From the NCBI GenBank assembly GCA_963847185.1, contig CAWJYV010000002.1, positions 111,472 through 175,471 of the forward strand: a DNA stretch of 64,000 bases, given 5' to 3'. Within the stretch, counting starts at the first letter, position 1. The number at the start of each line of letters is the position of its first letter. Shown here piece by piece: positions 1 through 10,289 of the stretch. Both the position numbers and the translations under genes were made by a program. This stretch comes from an uncultured Methanosarcinaceae archaeon (GTDB taxonomy: Archaea; Halobacteriota; Methanosarcinia; Methanosarcinales; Methanosarcinaceae). Under the pieces are notes generated by a model, which made no database searches, was not told the origin of the DNA, and saw nothing but the letters and a program-made list of their open reading frames with translations.

Positions 1-524
1 AAAATTCCCTCATCTTAAACGGTGATGGTACTGATGTCAACCTTCTGAGGGAAGAGAATATCGAAGATATGGACGTTGTTCTTGCAGTTACAGATAATGA
101 TGAGAAAAATCTCCTGTGTTCTCTTCTGGCGAAGCAAATGGGAGCAAAAAAGGTTATCGCAAGGGCTGACCGCTCTGACTATGTACCTCTTTTCGAAATG
201 GTCGGGATAGATATGGCAGTCAGTCCCAGGGAAGCGACTGTAAATGAAGTGCTCAAACTTACCATGGGAAGAGGGATACAGACCCTTGCCACTCTTGAAG
301 ATGAAAGGGCCGAAATTATCGAGTATACGACTTCCAGGCAGTCAAAGATTACAGGGAAATCTCTTGAAAAAGTTAAGTTCCCCAAAGGTGCACTCGTTAC
401 CATGGTAGTGCGCAATGATGATGCCGTCATTCCCAGAGGAGACTTTATAGTTCGGGAAGGAGACAAGGTAATAGTTTTCGCGTTATCTTCTACTGTATCA
501 GCTGTGGAAAAATTGTTTAAGTAA
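1..524 (+). CDS. trkA: Trk K+ uptake NAD-binding subunit TrkA (5'-truncated by window edge)
   Basis: RCK motifs (GDGTD, AVTDNDEKN, SPRE) plus TrkA_C domain (IPRGDFIVREGDKV); frame open to the window start; adjacent to trkH. Confidence 0.93.
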   Translation, partial: NSLILNGDGTDVNLLREENIEDMDVVLAVTDNDEKNLLCSLLAKQMGAKKVIARADRSDYVPLFEMVGIDMAVSPREATVNEVLKLTMGRGIQTLATLEDERAEIIEYTTSRQSKITGKSLEKVKFPKGALVTMVVRNDDAVIPRGDFIVREGDKVIVFALSSTVSAVEKLFK

Positions 525-578
525 CAGAGAAATAGAAATAATCAAAAATTCTCATTATCTGTAAAATAGAGGTTTCTC

Positions 579-2009
579 ATGAATTTTAGGGTTGTCCTAT
601 ACGTACTTGGCGGAGTACTCAGGCTGCTTGGAATTTTCATGATAATCCCTCTTGGAGTAGCATATTACTACGGGGAAAATTTAACTCCTTTTCTGGTTTC
701 TATTGCTATAACCATGCTTACAGGTCTTTTCCTGCTCTCCTACAAAACTGAGGAGGAATGGATGCGTAAAGAGGGCTTTGCGATCGTTGCACTGAGCTGG
801 CTTGCAGCTGCAGTTTTCGGAGCCATCCCTTTTATGCTCGATGGGATTTCTCCTTTAAACGCTGTTTTTGAATCCATGTCTGGATTTACAACCACAGGGT
901 CATCAATTCTTACTGATATAGAAAGTCATCCAAAAAGTATCCTTTTCTGGAGAGGTTTGATTATGTGGCTGGGTGGCATGGGCATTATCGTGTTTTTTAT
1001 CGCCATCCTGCCTAAATTAGGAGTTGTGGGCCGCCAGCTTTTGCGAGCAGAAGCTCCAGGGCCTACAGAGGATAAGCTCAAACCACGAGTCAGAGAAACA
1101 GCAAGAATTCTCTGGATGGTTTATTTTGCGATCTCCTTTATGCAGGTTGTTGCTCTCCTATTTGCAGGTGTCTCGCTTTATGACGCGCTTAATCATATGT
1201 TTGCTACAATGGGTTGCGGAGGTTTCTCCAATTATGCGCTGAGTGTTGGCGCTTTTCAGAGTCCTCTTGTAGAGTATATAATAACTTTTTTTACTTTTGT
1301 TGCTGGCGCAAACTTTGCTCTATATTACCGGGCTATACATACAAATAAAAACTTACTTTTTAAAGACGAAGAATTTCAACTCTATACGTTTCTGATACTT
1401 GGAGCAAGCGGGCTTCTTACCCTCCTGCTCTGGCGAGATCTTGGTACAGGAATTCTTGATTCATTCAGGCTTGCTATTTTCCAGGTAGTCACAATCATGA
1501 CCAGTACCGGGTTTGCGACAACAGATTTTAACCTCTGGCCCGAATCTGCAAAAATGATACTTATTCTGGTTATGTTTGTTGGAGCTTGTGCTGGCTCTAC
1601 AGGTGGAGGTATTAAGGTTGTGCGTATCCTTATTCTTCTCAGGCACAGCAGAAACGAATTGTTCAAGGCCCTTCATCCGAGAGCTGTAAAAAGTGTCAGA
1701 TTCAACAATAAAAATGTGCCAGAGGAGATAATCAGTTCTATTGTCTCATTTGTTGTCATATATCTCCTTGTCTTTGTATCAAGTGCACTGATTCTCTCAG
1801 TTCTCGGCATGGACATAATGACTTCGATTACCGCCTCCATAGCCACTCTTGGTAATATAGGTCCTGGTCTGAATGTAGTAGGCCCAATGGGCAGTTTTGA
1901 TCCCATCCCTCCACTAGGAAAATTAGTACTGATTGCAAATATGTGGATTGGAAGGCTAGAAGTCTACACTGTAATTTTACTCTTTACGCCTGAGTTCTGG
2001 AAAAAGTAA
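579..2009 (+). CDS. trkH: Trk K+ uptake membrane protein TrkH
   Basis: FESMSGFTTTG, WLGGMG, GSTGGGIK and TLGNIGPG pore-loop motifs; multi-TM. Confidence 0.96.
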   Translation: MNFRVVLYVLGGVLRLLGIFMIIPLGVAYYYGENLTPFLVSIAITMLTGLFLLSYKTEEEWMRKEGFAIVALSWLAAAVFGAIPFMLDGISPLNAVFESMSGFTTTGSSILTDIESHPKSILFWRGLIMWLGGMGIIVFFIAILPKLGVVGRQLLRAEAPGPTEDKLKPRVRETARILWMVYFAISFMQVVALLFAGVSLYDALNHMFATMGCGGFSNYALSVGAFQSPLVEYIITFFTFVAGANFALYYRAIHTNKNLLFKDEEFQLYTFLILGASGLLTLLLWRDLGTGILDSFRLAIFQVVTIMTSTGFATTDFNLWPESAKMILILVMFVGACAGSTGGGIKVVRILILLRHSRNELFKALHPRAVKSVRFNNKNVPEEIISSIVSFVVIYLLVFVSSALILSVLGMDIMTSITASIATLGNIGPGLNVVGPMGSFDPIPPLGKLVLIANMWIGRLEVYTVILLFTPEFWKK

Positions 2010-2013
2010 TTAC

Positions 2014-2105
2014 CACCCGAGTTCCGCTTCGGCACCCGAATTCCGCTTCGGGAGCACGGGGTCTGTTTCGCTTCGCTCAAGCAGACTAACTTATGGTTTA
2101 GAATA
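2014..2105 (+). repeat. REP/MITE-like dispersed repeat, copy A
   Basis: CCCGAATTCCGCTTCGGG hairpin followed by TTTCGCTTCGCTCAAGCAGACTAA; homologous to copies at about 2150, 41520 and 42511. Confidence 0.75.
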
Positions 2106-2149
2106 TCAAATTTTGCTTCTGGATCACAGGAAATTAGAGATTTTCTGGG

Positions 2150-2228
2150 AGTTGCGATGTAATCGCAACAGTATGCCATCCTTTTCGCTGAGCTCAAGAG
2201 GACTAATCTATGGGATAGAAATTTTCGT
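2150..2228 (+). repeat. REP/MITE-like dispersed repeat, copy B
   Basis: GTTGCGAT-ATCGCAAC hairpin then CCTTTTCGCTGAGCTCAAGAGGACTAATCTATGGGATAGA. Confidence 0.7.
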
Positions 2229-2303
2229 ATTTTTTTCAAAAGGACTAACTGCAAAAAGAAAAGAAATTAAAAAAGAATTGGAAATTGCCTGAGATTTCAG
2301 GCA

Positions 2304-3527
2304 TTACATTTTACTTTTTACTACTTCTTTTGCAGCGTCTTTGAAAAGCACGCGGAGGTCCCAGAGAAGTTTTTTATTGGCCTTAAAAAGGGCGTGCAGA
2401 AGATCGAGGAGGCTCATTCTCTCAAACTTTATACCTTCTAGAGAATAGGCAAGAGAATCCAGATCCTCATCACTAATATTAATAAAACAGTTCTTTACGA
2501 TTAGACTCAGGTCTATGGCATGCCCTATGGTCGCTCTCCAAGGTTTCTCGTAAACCTCTTCGAGTTTCTCAAGAGAAACGTCTCCTGTTGATATAGCAGC
2601 ATAAGCTGCCTCTCCTGCAAGCTCCCCTGCGTCCATAGCGTTAAGTATTCCGCCGCCTGTGATAGGGTCGGACTGGCGCGCAGCATCTCCAATTAGCATC
2701 AGCCCATTGGTTGAAGTCTTTTCAATGCTGCCTGAAACCGGGACTCCCCCGAAAACCATCTCGATTATTCTGGCATCAGGGAATCTTTTCTCAACGAAAG
2801 CATTGAGGTAATCCACAGGTCTTGGCTTGAATTTTCCTAATTTATTCCCAAGAACCCCTATCCCTACGTTTGCCTTGCCTTCCCCTTTAGGGAAAATCCA
2901 TATGTAACCACCGGGTGCGACCTCATTTCCTACGTAAAACTCGCAGTACTCCTGATCTATGTTTGCACCTGCTATAAGATACTGGGTACAGGTTTCGATG
3001 TCTATGGGCTTTAAGGAAGTGTCAATGCCTGCCCACCTGCCTACCTTAGATTCGACCCCATCAGCGCCTATCACTATTTTGGCACGCACATCATACTCTT
3101 TTCCAAGATGCATGAGTCTGGCACCCTTAACGAAGTCATCCTCAATGATCAGGCCAGTTGCTCTGGTTTTTACTCTGACCTCAGCTCCAGCTTTTGCAGC
3201 CATTTCTGCAAGAGCACGATCAAAGACCTTTCTTTCAAGCACATAGCCAACTTCTCCGCCGGCTATTTCTTCCGCCATTTCTATCTTAGTACCGTTAGGA
3301 GAGTAAATACGAGAGCCCTTGAGGTCAGCGCAAATCCATTGTTTGTCAATTTCCACGTGCTGTTTGAGATATTCCTTGCTCACACCCTCGGCGCAGCGTA
3401 CGGGATCGCCTATTTCCTGGCGTTTCTCTATTAAAAGCACATCAAGTCCCTTTTCAGCCGCGGTTTTGGCAGCAATGGAACCTGCGGGCCCGGCTCCTAT
3501 CACTAAAACATCATACCTATCCTTCAT
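2304..3527 (-). CDS. Digeranylgeranylglycerophospholipid (geranylgeranyl) reductase
   Basis: GAGPAG FAD motif, CAEG, YIWIFP, GDAA..PITGGGI; upstream ferredoxin partner. Confidence 0.92.
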   Translation of the reverse strand: MKDRYDVLVIGAGPAGSIAAKTAAEKGLDVLLIEKRQEIGDPVRCAEGVSKEYLKQHVEIDKQWICADLKGSRIYSPNGTKIEMAEEIAGGEVGYVLERKVFDRALAEMAAKAGAEVRVKTRATGLIIEDDFVKGARLMHLGKEYDVRAKIVIGADGVESKVGRWAGIDTSLKPIDIETCTQYLIAGANIDQEYCEFYVGNEVAPGGYIWIFPKGEGKANVGIGVLGNKLGKFKPRPVDYLNAFVEKRFPDARIIEMVFGGVPVSGSIEKTSTNGLMLIGDAARQSDPITGGGILNAMDAGELAGEAAYAAISTGDVSLEKLEEVYEKPWRATIGHAIDLSLIVKNCFINISDEDLDSLAYSLEGIKFERMSLLDLLHALFKANKKLLWDLRVLFKDAAKEVVKSKM

Positions 3528-3700
3528 TTTATTACCTCAATTGCTCCCACAGGACAGATGCGATCGCATATTCCGCATGCAATGCACATAGTTTCATCTA
3601 CTTCAACCCAGGTCTCTACAAGTTCGAGTGCCCCCTTGGGGCAGACTCCCACACAGGCACCACAATATCCACACTTATATCTGTTTACGTTGATGCTCAC
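3524..3700 (-). CDS. 2x[4Fe-4S] ferredoxin (GGR partner), GTG start
   Basis: [12 protein letters not shown] and [12 protein letters not shown]; AGGTGA RBS before GTG at 3700; overlaps GGR start. Confidence 0.9.
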   Translation of the reverse strand: MSINVNRYKCGYCGACVGVCPKGALELVETWVEVDETMCIACGICDRICPVGAIEVIK

Positions 3701-4152
3701 TAGCTCACCTGTAAATTTTAAAGGCAAATAAGGTAATTATGGCATGTTAAGGCAGTTTGGTAAATTATAGTAATTTTAAGGAAGATAAATAACAATTATC
3801 TAACATATAGTTTTTGTTAACTAAGACTGCCAAGCTTGAAAAAAATCTTTCAAGTTATGCCTTCAGGAAAATCACTTTTAAATTTTTTACTTCTACTTAG
3901 TAAAAGTATTTTTGAGAATATACTTACAAAATTTTGACGTATAGTTTGGAAGCTCTCATTTATAATTGCAAAGAATTCTTATTTTACGAGAGTTTCCCTT
4001 ACAGTCCATAAAGAGATTCCTAGCTATATCACAATAAATATTTTATATTTTCCATGAAACCCCTATATTCCACTGATTTAACTTATGTTCCCATAATTAC
4101 TTCCCTTTAACCCCATATAACCTTTTGCCGTCTTAAATTTGCTATTACAATA

Positions 4153-4788
4153 TCACTGGCTTGAAATTGGAGACAGTTTTACCCTTCCTCTGCTGATCTT
4201 GAGCAGGAACTTTTTACTAATGTAATCTTTTGAAGCTCCTTTTCCGTGTATAAACAGTTCCACCAGATCTTCCGGTTCATCTATATCAGTGCCTGCCAGG
4301 AAAGAATAGTATACCTCTACTTTCTGCCCTGCTTCTGCTGCAATCGAGCAGTGTGTCAGAAAACTTGACCCATAGTATCTGACCCTGTAGATCGATGGGT
4401 TCCTGATAAACAGGATATTTGTGCCTCCTCCTTTTCCCGGCACAATGCATACATCTTCTTTTGTTGAAATTATCTCTTTTATATGATCCGGAGAGAGAAG
4501 AGGCAGGTCAGCCATTGCAATCAGGACTGGCTCTTCAGCCTGCTCCAGATACCTGTTAAGAGCCTCATTCAGATCATTTTTATCCAGAAGGACTCTGGCT
4601 TTCTGCATATTCTCAAGACCGTACATCGAAGGACTGAGAATATCTATTTTTTCCACTCCGGCATCTTTAAGGGAGTCTATTACCTGATTCAACATAATTT
4701 CTACGAATTCTTCCCTTTCTTCCTGGCTGAAGACGGGTGATAATCGGGATTTTGCACCGGCTTTTTTATAGGGAATTACAGCTTTCAT
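4153..4788 (-). CDS. cofC: 2-phospho-L-lactate guanylyltransferase
   Basis: MKAVIPYK..AKSRL, MADLP, GGGTN, DIDEPEDL motifs; located in the cof cluster. Confidence 0.93.
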   Translation of the reverse strand: MKAVIPYKKAGAKSRLSPVFSQEEREEFVEIMLNQVIDSLKDAGVEKIDILSPSMYGLENMQKARVLLDKNDLNEALNRYLEQAEEPVLIAMADLPLLSPDHIKEIISTKEDVCIVPGKGGGTNILFIRNPSIYRVRYYGSSFLTHCSIAAEAGQKVEVYYSFLAGTDIDEPEDLVELFIHGKGASKDYISKKFLLKISRGRVKLSPISSQ

Positions 4789-4846
4789 CTGGACTCCTGA
4801 AAATAGTGATTTTTTAACCTTCTGAAAACCCATATTTTAATCTGTC

Positions 4847-6013
4847 TCATTCCCTGCTGCCCAGTCTGGTTCTCCCGCAGCTCGAAAGAGAACCTTCCCT
4901 ATTTTGGAATCCGGGCTCTACTTTCCTGTAGAGCGTATCTCTCTGCATGGGGATTCTTCCTGCACCTTTTATCATCCACTCAAATTCTGCTGGTGATACG
5001 TATTCTCCATGACTGCCTCCGGAAGCAGTTGAGATCTGGTCTTCCATAAGCGTACCTCCAAGGTCGTTTGCCCCGCACTGTAGAGCTACCTGAGCAAGTT
5101 TTTTCCCGAGCTTAACCCAGGTTGCCTGAATGTTATTTACATAAGTATGCAGGATTATGCGGGAAATGGCTATGAGCTGCAGGTCTTCAAGGCCTGTGCT
5201 GGTAAACTTTCCGGAAGCCAGCATCTTTTCTCCTATGGGGTTGTTATAGGGTAAAAAGGACATAGGAATAAGTTCCGAAATTCCGCCGGTTTCTTTCTGG
5301 ATTTCGCGTATGGTAAAAACGTGGTCAAGGCGCTCTTCCAGAGTCTCTACATGCCCGTACATAATAGTGGAATTTGTGGAAATTCCGGCCTTATGTGCCG
5401 CCTTTACCGTATCTATCCATTGCTGAGTGTTTATTTTTCCTGGACAGATTATTTTCCTCACTCTATCAGAAAGGATCTCGGCAGAAGTGCCTGTGAGAGA
5501 ATCAAGCCCGCTTTTTTTCAGTTTACGCAGGGCTTCTTCTACAGACATGCCGGAAAGTCCTGCTGCATAATTTACTTCCATAGGAGACAGGGCATGAATG
5601 CAGAGATCAGGGAAATCGGATTTTATAGATTCTATAATCTCAAGATAGAATTCCATATCAGCTTCCGGGGTATACCCTCCCTGAACACAGACCTCGACAG
5701 CTCCGGCTTCTCTCGCCTCTTCTGTTTTTTTCAGGATTTCTTCTACGCTCAGAATATAACCCTTCTCTGTCCTGTAGGCACAGAATCCGCAGTTTCCAAC
5801 GCACTTGTTTGTTATGTAAATGTTCCTGTTTACTACATAGCTTACAAAATCGCCCACGGCATTAGCTCGAAGTTCGTTGGCGAGTTCGAAAAGCTCAAAC
5901 GGATTTCCTTCAATCAGGAGAAGAGCATCCTCTTTTGTACATTTTCCCTGATATGCCCTTTCAACTATATCTTCAGGGACAGCTGCCGATTTTTTCATGT
6001 ACATCTCTATCAT
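4847..6013 (-). CDS. cofH: FO synthase subunit 2 (radical SAM), paralog 2
   Basis: NRNIYITNKCVGNCGFC, AEILSDRVR, GANDLGGTLME. Confidence 0.92.
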   Translation of the reverse strand: MIEMYMKKSAAVPEDIVERAYQGKCTKEDALLLIEGNPFELFELANELRANAVGDFVSYVVNRNIYITNKCVGNCGFCAYRTEKGYILSVEEILKKTEEAREAGAVEVCVQGGYTPEADMEFYLEIIESIKSDFPDLCIHALSPMEVNYAAGLSGMSVEEALRKLKKSGLDSLTGTSAEILSDRVRKIICPGKINTQQWIDTVKAAHKAGISTNSTIMYGHVETLEERLDHVFTIREIQKETGGISELIPMSFLPYNNPIGEKMLASGKFTSTGLEDLQLIAISRIILHTYVNNIQATWVKLGKKLAQVALQCGANDLGGTLMEDQISTASGGSHGEYVSPAEFEWMIKGAGRIPMQRDTLYRKVEPGFQNREGSLSSCGRTRLGSRE

Positions 6014-6058
6014 TCCCGTTTTAAACGTATCTTTCAGTTTATTCCTGATAAATAAAAC

Positions 6059-7189
6059 TCAATTGGAAATTCCAAAACCTGCTCTCTTTCTCGAATTTCC
6101 TGAAGCCAGCTTATTTACTCCATTGTATAGAGTGTTTCTCTCTTTTGGAATCCTGCCTGCTCCATGGATCATCCATTCCAGTTCCTCTACAGAGATCATT
6201 TCTCCGTGACTGGCTCCGGCCGACCTGGAAATGCTTTCTTCCATAAGGGTGCCTCCGAGGTCGTTAGCCCCGCAGTGAAGGGCAAATTGAGCAAGCTTTT
6301 TCCCTAATTTCACCCAGCTTGATTGAATGTTATTCACGTGACCGTGAAGGAGTATACGAGAAACAGCATAGATTTTCAAGTCCTCAAGTCCAGGAGTGGC
6401 ATATCTGCCTTCCCTGATCATTTTTTCCCCTACAGGATTGTTGTAGGGCATAAAAGGCAGGGGCACAAATTCCGTAATTCCTCCCGTTTCTTTCTGGATT
6501 TCTCTGATGATAAGCATGTGATCTATCCTTTCTTCCGGGGTTTCAACATGCCCGTACATCATGGTTGCAGTAGTGGGAATGCCTGTCGCATGCGCCTGCC
6601 TGACTACCTCAACCCACTCCGAAGTTTTAAGTTTTAAGGGACAGATTATCTCCCTTACCCTGTCGGAGAGAATTTCAGCTGCGGTTCCTGGCATAGTGTC
6701 AAGCCCGCTTTTCTTGAGTCTGAAAAGAGCCTCTTTCACTGAGATCCCGCTGACATGGGCGGCATGATACACTTCCATTGGCGAAAATGAGTGAATATGC
6801 ATCTCCGGAAACTCAGCTTTTATAGCCTCTGCAATTCCCTGATAGAAGTCAAGGCCCACATCCGGAAGCAAACCCCCCTGAATGCATACTTCAGTCGCTT
6901 TTGCCTGCTTTGCCGCTCTTACCTTTTCCATGATTTCTTCAATGCTGAGTACCTTGCCTGTGTTTGTCCGAAATGCGCAAAAGCCGCATGTTCCTATACA
7001 GCGGCTTGTGAAATTTATATTCCTGTTAACTACGTAGGTTACCGTGTCCCCGACTGCAAGGTCACGAAGCTCGTCCGCAAACCTGAAAAGTTCGAAAGGA
7101 GGTATTTCCAGAAGCAAGAGCGCGTCTTCTTTTGTGCTCTTCCCCTGGTACGCACGTTCTATGAGGTCTTCGGGAATTTTGCCGTTCAT
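6059..7189 (-). CDS. cofH: FO synthase subunit 2 (radical SAM), paralog 1
   Basis: NRNINFTSRCIGTCGFC, PGTAAEIL, GANDLGGTLMEESISRSAG. Confidence 0.94.
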   Translation of the reverse strand: MNGKIPEDLIERAYQGKSTKEDALLLLEIPPFELFRFADELRDLAVGDTVTYVVNRNINFTSRCIGTCGFCAFRTNTGKVLSIEEIMEKVRAAKQAKATEVCIQGGLLPDVGLDFYQGIAEAIKAEFPEMHIHSFSPMEVYHAAHVSGISVKEALFRLKKSGLDTMPGTAAEILSDRVREIICPLKLKTSEWVEVVRQAHATGIPTTATMMYGHVETPEERIDHMLIIREIQKETGGITEFVPLPFMPYNNPVGEKMIREGRYATPGLEDLKIYAVSRILLHGHVNNIQSSWVKLGKKLAQFALHCGANDLGGTLMEESISRSAGASHGEMISVEELEWMIHGAGRIPKERNTLYNGVNKLASGNSRKRAGFGISN

Positions 7190-8217
7190 TTTTTTAATTC
7201 CTCCGGATGCCCTTTTGAGGGTTGTTTCCTGTAACCTTCCCTATCAGAGAGGCATTCGATTAGCTCACCTACCCTTTCCGAGTACCACCCTTTTTTCACA
7301 TACTGAGGGTAAATTGGCAGGCGTTCTCTCAATGAAATATTTCCCAGCTTTTTCTGTAAATCCCTTATATCCGGCCATTGGGCCTCTGGGTTGATCCAGT
7401 CTATGGTCAGAGGGGATATGCCCCCGAGGTCCGTTACCCCCTTTGAGATAAGGGCTTTTGGATCAATAAGATTTGGAGCAACCTGTACTGCAATGTCAAT
7501 AGGCAGGATTTGTCTCGCAAGCATAATAGCATCAGTCATTTCCTCTGTTGTAGGCTCCGGAAAGTTTTCCATCGCTGTCCCGGGCTTTGGGGCAAAATTC
7601 TGAATAATAACCTCCTGAATGTGCCCGTATGCTTTATGAAGGTCTGCTATAGCCTCAAGAGATTTTATTCTGTCTTCCCTGGTTTCTCCTATTCCTATAA
7701 GGAGGCCGGTAGTATAAGGAATCTGAAGTTTTCCGGCTTCCCGGATTGTATCAAGCCTGAGCTCCGGAACCTTGCCAGGGCAGTCCTTATGGGCATCAAG
7801 AACCGCGGTACTCTCAAGCATCAAGCCCATACTCGCATTAAGAGGCTTTAAGGCTTCAAGTTCGGAGCGTGTCATAATTCCCGCATTCGTGTGAGGGAGG
7901 ATACCAATATCGATTGCAGTTTCGCAGAGAAAAAGAAGATATTCCAGAGTCGAAGAATACCCAAGCTCTTTGAGCCATTTTCTATATTCCGGAACATCCT
8001 CTGCATGCTCTCCAAAAGTGAAAAGGGCTTCAGTACACCCTGCTTTCACTCCATTTTCGAGAACAGAAATAATTTCCTCAGGCTTCATGAGCCTGGCACC
8101 TGGCTGTCCGGGCTCTCGTTTAAAGCCGCAGTAAGCACAGCGGTTCCTGCAGATATTTGTAACCGGGATAAATACATTTTTTGAGTAAGTTACGAATTGG
8201 GAATTTTCCGGTGGAAT
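7186..8217 (-). CDS. cofG: FO synthase subunit 1 (radical SAM); probable ATT start at 8217
   Basis: In-frame extension upstream of the first ATG encodes VTYSKNVFIPVTNICRNRCAYCGF; also PHTNAG, SMGLMLE, DLGGISP..DWINPE. Confidence 0.92.
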   Translation of the reverse strand: MPPENSQFVTYSKNVFIPVTNICRNRCAYCGFKREPGQPGARLMKPEEIISVLENGVKAGCTEALFTFGEHAEDVPEYRKWLKELGYSSTLEYLLFLCETAIDIGILPHTNAGIMTRSELEALKPLNASMGLMLESTAVLDAHKDCPGKVPELRLDTIREAGKLQIPYTTGLLIGIGETREDRIKSLEAIADLHKAYGHIQEVIIQNFAPKPGTAMENFPEPTTEEMTDAIMLARQILPIDIAVQVAPNLIDPKALISKGVTDLGGISPLTIDWINPEAQWPDIRDLQKKLGNISLRERLPIYPQYVKKGWYSERVGELIECLSDREGYRKQPSKGHPEELKK

Positions 8218-8250
8218 GGTAAAACACCTGTTGAGTTGTTTATTCCTGAA

Positions 8251-9528
8251 TTAGCCTAAGATTTTCTTCATGGTTGCAGCGACACCGAGAGCTACTCCTT
8301 CAACTTCAATGCCTCCTTTTCCTTTTGCTCCGTCTCCTACGACGTAAAGCCCTGGAATAGGAGTCTCATTACCCGGGTCCGTGCCAGAAGCTGCCCTGTT
8401 TACGGGCCAATCGTCATGATATGATTGAATAAGCAGGACTTCATATTTCTTGCCAGGGAAAATATCTTTAAGATCTTTGAGCCCCATCTCGATTTCAGCC
8501 TCGAGATTCTTCACGTTTTCGGGAGCTACGTGCTGGTGGGACATTGTAAGATGCTTGCCTGGAGGAGCCAGTTTAGGATCGATCTGCGTAACTTCATTGA
8601 TTCCATTTACTCTTTTTGCATACGGGGTTAAGAGGACTCCTGAATGGCCTACCAGAGGCTCGTCTGCAGCAAGGCAAATCTTTATTCCGGCAGAGGGTTT
8701 CAGGGTCTTAAGCATCCTGAGATAACCTGAATATTTCTCTCCGGCCAGGGCTTCGCTACAGAGATATGCGGTTGCGGCATGTCCCAGATTACTGATAATC
8801 AGATCTGCCTCATGGGCTTTATCCCCGGCAATGATACCTGACGCTCGTTCATTTTCCACAAGAATTTTTGAGACTTCGGTTTTAGTATATATCCTTCCGC
8901 CGTTTGCAGCAATCACGGATTCCAGAGCATCGGTCACTCCCTTGCATCCGCCAACCGGTACACCAGGGCCGCCACACCTGTACATGTTCTCAATGATCTC
9001 AAAAACCTCTTCTACAGAAACTTCGTCACTTCTCAGGCTCAGAGCCCAGCCGCAAAAAGAATCGGCAAATTTCACAAGCCATTCATCCTTAAACTGCTTC
9101 CCAAGCCATGCCTGTAGAGTACTTCCTGTCGGACGGTTCTTTCTGGTACTTACTACAAGGAGGGCAAGCTTCAGGCGGTCCTTGTGGGAAAGAGGCGTGG
9201 CAAAATCAGTAAAAGAAATATCCTTAAAGCCTTTTGCATAATCCGAATCACTTTTTTTGAGAGGAATACGTACAAATGTCTGTTCTGCCCTCATTATCTT
9301 AACATCAGCTTTAACCTCATTAAGGAGTTGAGCAAGAGGGCCTGAGGGTCCATGGGGAAGAATATGGAAAGCTCCGCTGGAAAGCTGAAAGCCTTTGTAG
9401 TTGAGATTTGTAAACCTTCCTCCTATAATTGGAAGTCTCTCAAAAACATCAACCTCATATCCTGCCTGTGAGAGCCTGGCAGCACTTAAGAGTCCACCTA
9501 GGCCCGCACCAATAACAATCGCTTTCAT
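8251..9528 (-). CDS. FAD-dependent oxidoreductase, phytoene desaturase-like (probable second, regiospecific geranylgeranyl reductase)
   Basis: GAGLGGL..A..L, GGRF, SSGAFH, YVVGD; position matches what I recall for M. acetivorans MA1492 (needs checking). Confidence 0.75.
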   Translation of the reverse strand: MKAIVIGAGLGGLLSAARLSQAGYEVDVFERLPIIGGRFTNLNYKGFQLSSGAFHILPHGPSGPLAQLLNEVKADVKIMRAEQTFVRIPLKKSDSDYAKGFKDISFTDFATPLSHKDRLKLALLVVSTRKNRPTGSTLQAWLGKQFKDEWLVKFADSFCGWALSLRSDEVSVEEVFEIIENMYRCGGPGVPVGGCKGVTDALESVIAANGGRIYTKTEVSKILVENERASGIIAGDKAHEADLIISNLGHAATAYLCSEALAGEKYSGYLRMLKTLKPSAGIKICLAADEPLVGHSGVLLTPYAKRVNGINEVTQIDPKLAPPGKHLTMSHQHVAPENVKNLEAEIEMGLKDLKDIFPGKKYEVLLIQSYHDDWPVNRAASGTDPGNETPIPGLYVVGDGAKGKGGIEVEGVALGVAATMKKILG

Positions 9529-9686
9529 ACCGACACCTCTATAGCCTTAACAGGGCAGTAGAGAACACAGATTCCACACTCTACGCAGGCTTTAGTAGTC
9601 TGTGCTTTTCCCTTTACCAATATTGCTTCTTTCTTACAAAAAGAAGCACACTGGCCGCACCCTACACAGTTGTCATTAATCTTCAT
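9525..9686 (-). CDS. Small 2x[4Fe-4S] ferredoxin, 53 aa (absent from the ORF track)
   Basis: MKINDNCVGCGQCASFCKKEAILVKGKAQTTKACVECGICVLYCPVKAIEVSV; ATGA overlap with the downstream oxidoreductase. Confidence 0.9.
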   Translation of the reverse strand: MKINDNCVGCGQCASFCKKEAILVKGKAQTTKACVECGICVLYCPVKAIEVSV

Positions 9687-10289
9687 GTGAGTCCACCAGC
9701 CTTTTTATCATGAAAAGAGTTATTATAATGTATTGGTATAGTGTGTTTCTTCACCTGTGTTCTCAAGATTGAGTCGGAAGCGCGATTTCTTTTTTCTATC
9801 AATTTGGCAATTATTAGCTTTAATAGATAGATATATATTATACATTTATTTTCGACGAATTATATTAATCTGTGACGTTTTGTAGAGTTGTCTATAAAGT
9901 TCCTTTCTGCCTCTTAAAAACAAAATAGGACATTTCCTTTCTCCTATCTAAGGCAGGAGACTCTCAAACATTTTCAGTCCCTTACTATTTTTATTTTAAA
10001 AGTCAGCTCAGAAGCTTTTCACCTGTTGAATTCATCATAATTATTCATAATATATACGGAGTTTTTTTAATCGGATTAAAAATAATTAAGTTACATATAT
10101 AAATCTTATTTCTCACCGGAAAAAATCCGGATTTACGGCAGATTATTTTATAAATTATCAAAACAATAAAAAGAGAATAAGATATTTATGGTGTATATAT
10201 AATTTCGTGAACTGGTCACTGCTTTTCCTCTACTTTTTTTAAACATGTCTATATTTTAAAGACTGATTTTTAATTATTTAGACTTAATA

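Noticed and set aside
4847-7189. Tandem cofH duplication as a novelty
   Set aside because: Two adjacent cofH paralogs are, to my knowledge, normal in Methanosarcina
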